A stretch of 61,878 nt of DNA, counting the filler. It is 8 parts of 8 records of this genome, joined end to end, with 100 filler letters (N's around TTAATTAATTAA, not from the genome) between each part and the next. Parts side by side here need not be neighbours in the genome. Positions count along the whole stretch, not along the records: positions 58,414 to 61,878 come from SRR20825010_3410; 7 more parts are not named here. One strand, 5' to 3'. Position numbers and translations under genes: made by a program. Positions 58,414-61,878 of the stretch are shown here, piece after piece; position 1 is the first letter of the stretch; the number at the start of each line of letters is the position of its first letter. The notes under the pieces were generated by a model. It ran no database searches and was not told where the DNA came from. It saw only the letters and a list, made by a program, of their open reading frames with translations.

Positions 58414-61300
58414 GATCACCTTCTGTTCCTGATCCACCAGTCCAGGAAGTCTTGTTTTCAGTATCCATTGCTACTACTGAGTTACCAGCAGCATCATAGA
58501 TTGTCACGGTTGCCGTAAGCAATCCATTATTCAATGTCGATAAGTCCAGCGTTGTAGAGGCATTGCCTGTGGATGATTCAATGGCAATTTCAGAGGCAGT
58601 AACTGGATTAGTCATGGCGTCCCCGTCATCATCCACACTAATATCGAATGAACCGCCTTCAGCATTCCCATCTGCGTTCACATATATCGTTATTTCACCT
58701 GAAGTAGCTTCTGTAATTAAGAATGGACCCTCGTTGGTGTATCCGTCACCATTAATAACAACTCTTGTGAAAGTTGGAGCTGTCCGATCAATGGTATAAG
58801 ATTGACCTGTGGTGCTTGCAACAGTCAATCCGGCCCCACCCACGGACAATGTCTCTGCGGCACTCGTGGAAGCAGAGGCATTAAAATCCAATTGTACTGC
58901 GCCATCCTTAGGATCGGCATCATAGTTCACAACCACACTATAAACTGTAGGACCACCCGATGGGGCTTGAACGGCCAGATTGGTTAAAGTTGCAGAATTA
59001 GTGGTACTGAAATCTGCTGCCTCCACACCTGTAACCGGTTCTGAGAAGGTGACAGTAAAAGTTGCCGAATTCAAATTACTTGGATTGGCATTTGTTCTGG
59101 TTATGGCCACAGTAGGCGCTACCGGATTAGAAGTAACATTCTGAACGGCATCTGTATCAGTTGCGTCCTGATCATTTGCCACAATAGTAAAAGTAGTGAC
59201 AGTAGGCGAAGCACTCAAGTTCTCAGTAGGATCGAAAGTCATTGCTCTCAGATAACCCTGTACTGCTGCGGCTGTGCCGGCAGTAGTGGTATAGCTACCT
59301 GCAGTTCCGGTGAAATTACTTCCCGTGAAAACACCATTAGCTCCTGTATAAGTAACCGTAACAGTAATATCCGTCTCACCTGCATCCGCATCGGTTATGG
59401 TTACAGCACTAAATGGAGTAATAGTGGCATTGTCATTGACATTTTGTGTAGTCGCAGATGTAGCGCCGATTACTGGGGCAGTGTTCAGAATTGGCGCATC
59501 AAAATTTACATTATCTACGCAAACCCAATCGGTATTAGCCTGAATAGTGATGTATTTAACATTGTTAAAACTAGATCCATATTCAGTCGATGAAAGTGAG
59601 GCAGTAGCAGATGCAGATATACCAGAAGTGGTATACGAACCAACTTCATTATCACCAGCATCATAACCTCTAATAACCGCAGTAACGGTGGAGGTATTAC
59701 AACTTGTTAAGTCAATTCCTGCTAAAGCAGCTGAACCACCTGGCTCAAGATATTCTATTTTTACAATAGCTCCCGGAGTTAGTCTGTAAGTATTAGAAAA
59801 ACCAGCTTGACCTCCACTTACAGCAACAGTTCGGTAAGATCCTTCAGTATAATCTGAAACCGCTAAAATTCCAGTATATGTAATCGTTTGATCCGGGTTA
59901 TAAACGGTAACAGTGGTCGTAGCATCTGTCGCATCTACAGTTCCATCATTTACTGTGATAGTAAATGTAGTGGTACCCGCACCATTCGGAGTAAAAGTCA
60001 AAGCCTGAATGGCGGTTTGCGCTGCAGTAGCAGTTCCACTCCCAAGAGTGTAAGGTCCTGAACCACCAAATCCTCCACCTGACAATGTTCCACTACCAGA
60101 AAGTGATACCGATACACTCACATTATCGCCATCAGCATCAGCAATGGTAACATTTGAAAATGGCGTAGCAGTTTGGGTGTTATTGATAGTCGTTGTAGTC
60201 GTGATACCTCCTATCGTTGGGGCGGTGTTGGGAGAAACAATGGACAATGAATATGAAAGATCTGTTCCAAATGTAGTGGGTGTTCCAGCTATGTAGATTA
60301 AACCATCATCATAAAGTGCTGAACCAAACCTGTAAATCATAGTTCCGTTATTAACGGGAGATATTTCTACAATATAATCCGTGCCACCTGTTACGGCTGC
60401 TGAAGAACCTGAGAAATCGAAATTAAGATAGGCACCAGTTGTGGCAGTAGGTAAATTTGAGGGACTAGAAGTTGCTATGGACGTGCTCGGATAATTAGCC
60501 AACTCATAAAGTGTTGCTTCCCAGTCATCACCCTGAGTAACGCCACCAACAACATAGATTTGAAAATTACCCAAATTCCCAGAGCAACCCGCGGCAAATG
60601 ACTGGCCTACAGGATTTGATGAGTCCGCACCTGTTTGAGAAGCACCCACAACTTCAGCAACGCTGCAAGGAGCGACTGGAACTATCGAATAACTAAATGC
60701 CAAATCTCCATTGACGAAGTACGGACTGCCGGAAGCAGAAACACCGCCAGCATAAACTTCCCCACCACTGTAATCAGTAAAAGAATTACTTCGGCCCAAA
60801 GTAACATCAGCATCCGCAGTTGATAAATTAAAAATATAAGTACTTCCATTAGAAATTTCAGGAGCTGAACCACTAAAATTGAAAGTTAATGTCCCAGAGC
60901 TAGAAACAGCCAAAACAGTTGATGCGAGTGGAGTACCTGTTGGATCCGTACCTGAGTAAACAGAGCATGTAACATCTCCAGCACCAGAAATAAAGGTAGC
61001 CAGAAATGTTATGGAAGTTATTGCACCGTCACATCCTGCGGTAATTGTCTGACCTACGGTTAAGGATGGATTAACACTGCTAAAGTTAGTTGTACCAATC
61101 GTTTGTTCTTCGCAAAGCGTCTGCGCACTTAAAACTGAGGTGATAAAAACAAAAAATGAAAACAGAAACGCCTTCAAGGCAGGTGAGCCCACCGTTGCAG
61201 AAGCTATGGTGGATGAGCCTGTCTTCGCTGAAGCTACGACAGATGATCCCACCGTCGCTAAAGCTTTGGTGGATAAAAATTTACCGGTAAAGTTTTTCAT
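58414..61300 (-). CDS. large Thr/Ser/Gly-rich surface protein with repeated Ig/cadherin-like domains (3' truncated)
   Basis: Signal peptide ending LSA-Q; two GQ...AGC domains; two NTAP.IG...TPFS.VTI.DAD repeats; FTVTFSEPVTG and DRTAP Ig motifs. Start may extend to 61417. Confidence 0.88.
61185..61274. repeat. three tandem 30-bp hairpin repeats, in frame inside the signal-peptide region
   Basis: gagcccaccgttgcagaagctatggtggat / gagcctgtcttcgctgaagctacgacagat / gatcccaccgtcgctaaagctttggtggat. Confidence 0.9.
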
Positions 61301-61848
61301 AAAGAAATGGTAAAGATTGAAATTTTTGAATGCTGATTGTGGTGTATGTGTAGCTCCTGTTTTTGAAGCAAAAGGAGCGGTTGATTGAGTCATGGTGTTG
61401 GTCAACTTATGTATCATGGCGGTGATTTTTGGTCTAAATCGGTAAGCAAAATAGCGGGCTTCTCGGAATTATCCAATGAATAAGAAGTGAATCTCAACCT
61501 TTTTTTTAGCCCATACACAACAAATAGTCGGAATATGCGTTGCAAAGATTCGTCTGAGATTAAGTAAGTGGCTATTTCACAGCAAGTTAAAAAGCAATTC
61601 CGGTTCATTCCGAATATCTCCTTTTTCATCCGAATATTTTCCCGTTTACTCCCCATTTCGGGGAAGTCCATCGAAAGCCCGCAACCAAAAAATACCCAAA
61701 ACAGGGTATTGTCTACATTGGTAAAATACCATTTATTTCTAAGGCCCGTCCTATGGCAGAGAATGGGTTTAGCAAGGTTCGTGTTAGGTGAATCCGCTCG
61801 TCTCTTTGAGCCCTGGATGAAGAGGTGATACAGTTGTGCTTTATGAGG

Positions 61849-61878
61849 GGTAGTTGGTAGTTGGTAGTTGGTAGTTGG
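61849..61878. repeat. heptamer tandem repeat (GGTAGTT)4+, runs off window end
   Basis: Directly visible. Confidence 0.95.

Noticed and set aside
61185-61274. 30-bp palindromic repeats as a mini CRISPR array
   Set aside because: Units are contiguous with no spacers, lie in frame in a CDS, and no cas genes are present.

Overview
The window is not one locus. It is eight unrelated contigs joined by artificial 100-nt linkers (N44-TTAATTAATTAA-N44), and the taxon labels below are inferred from gene content and composition only. (1) 1-13339, Alcanivorax-like gammaproteobacterium: argG', rnt, peroxiredoxin, a candidate Fur-boxed porin/FMN-binding/PepSY operon, grxD, hydantoinase B, argD-argF-ABC ATPase, two tandem membrane diguanylate cyclases and 'glpK. 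It also has four intergenic hairpins whose arms are heptamer arrays. (2) 13440-17662, alphaproteobacterium: half a tRNA-Leu, nnr, an AT-richer FRG-domain gene and a partial arylsulfatase. (3) 17763-21218, Thalassospira-like: class IV aminotransferase, DUF4136 lipoprotein, TetR with a (GGTGAT)4 tract at its RBS, and proline dehydrogenase. (4) 21319-27166, Rhizobiales: bcsN-bcsA-bcsB cellulose genes and a partial ROK kinase. (5) 27267-48459, Rhodospirillales-like: serA, phnDCE-like ABC with a Pho-box array, cfa, a Cys-less maleate-isomerase-fold gene, TPR-sulfotransferase and TAXI-TRAP. It ends in a tRNA-Ser-derived att junction, with TM-HEPN and P-loop cargo on one side and a tyrosine integrase plus RHH gene on the other. 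(6) 48560-53897: peptide ABC, acyl-CoA dehydrogenase, MarR-GNAT. (7) 53998-58313, Rhodobacteraceae-like: 'nrdJ followed by a ~250-nt structured RNA candidate, EF-hand protein, PG-binding protein, YitT and 'icd. (8) 58414-61878, Bacteroidota-like: a large surface protein whose signal peptide is interrupted by three in-frame 30-bp hairpin repeats. The best novelty candidates are the porin-flavin-PepSY iron module, the TM-HEPN/P-loop cargo at the tandem att site, the coding hairpin repeats, the FRG fusion and the nrdJ 3' RNA. No CRISPR array or rRNA gene was seen.
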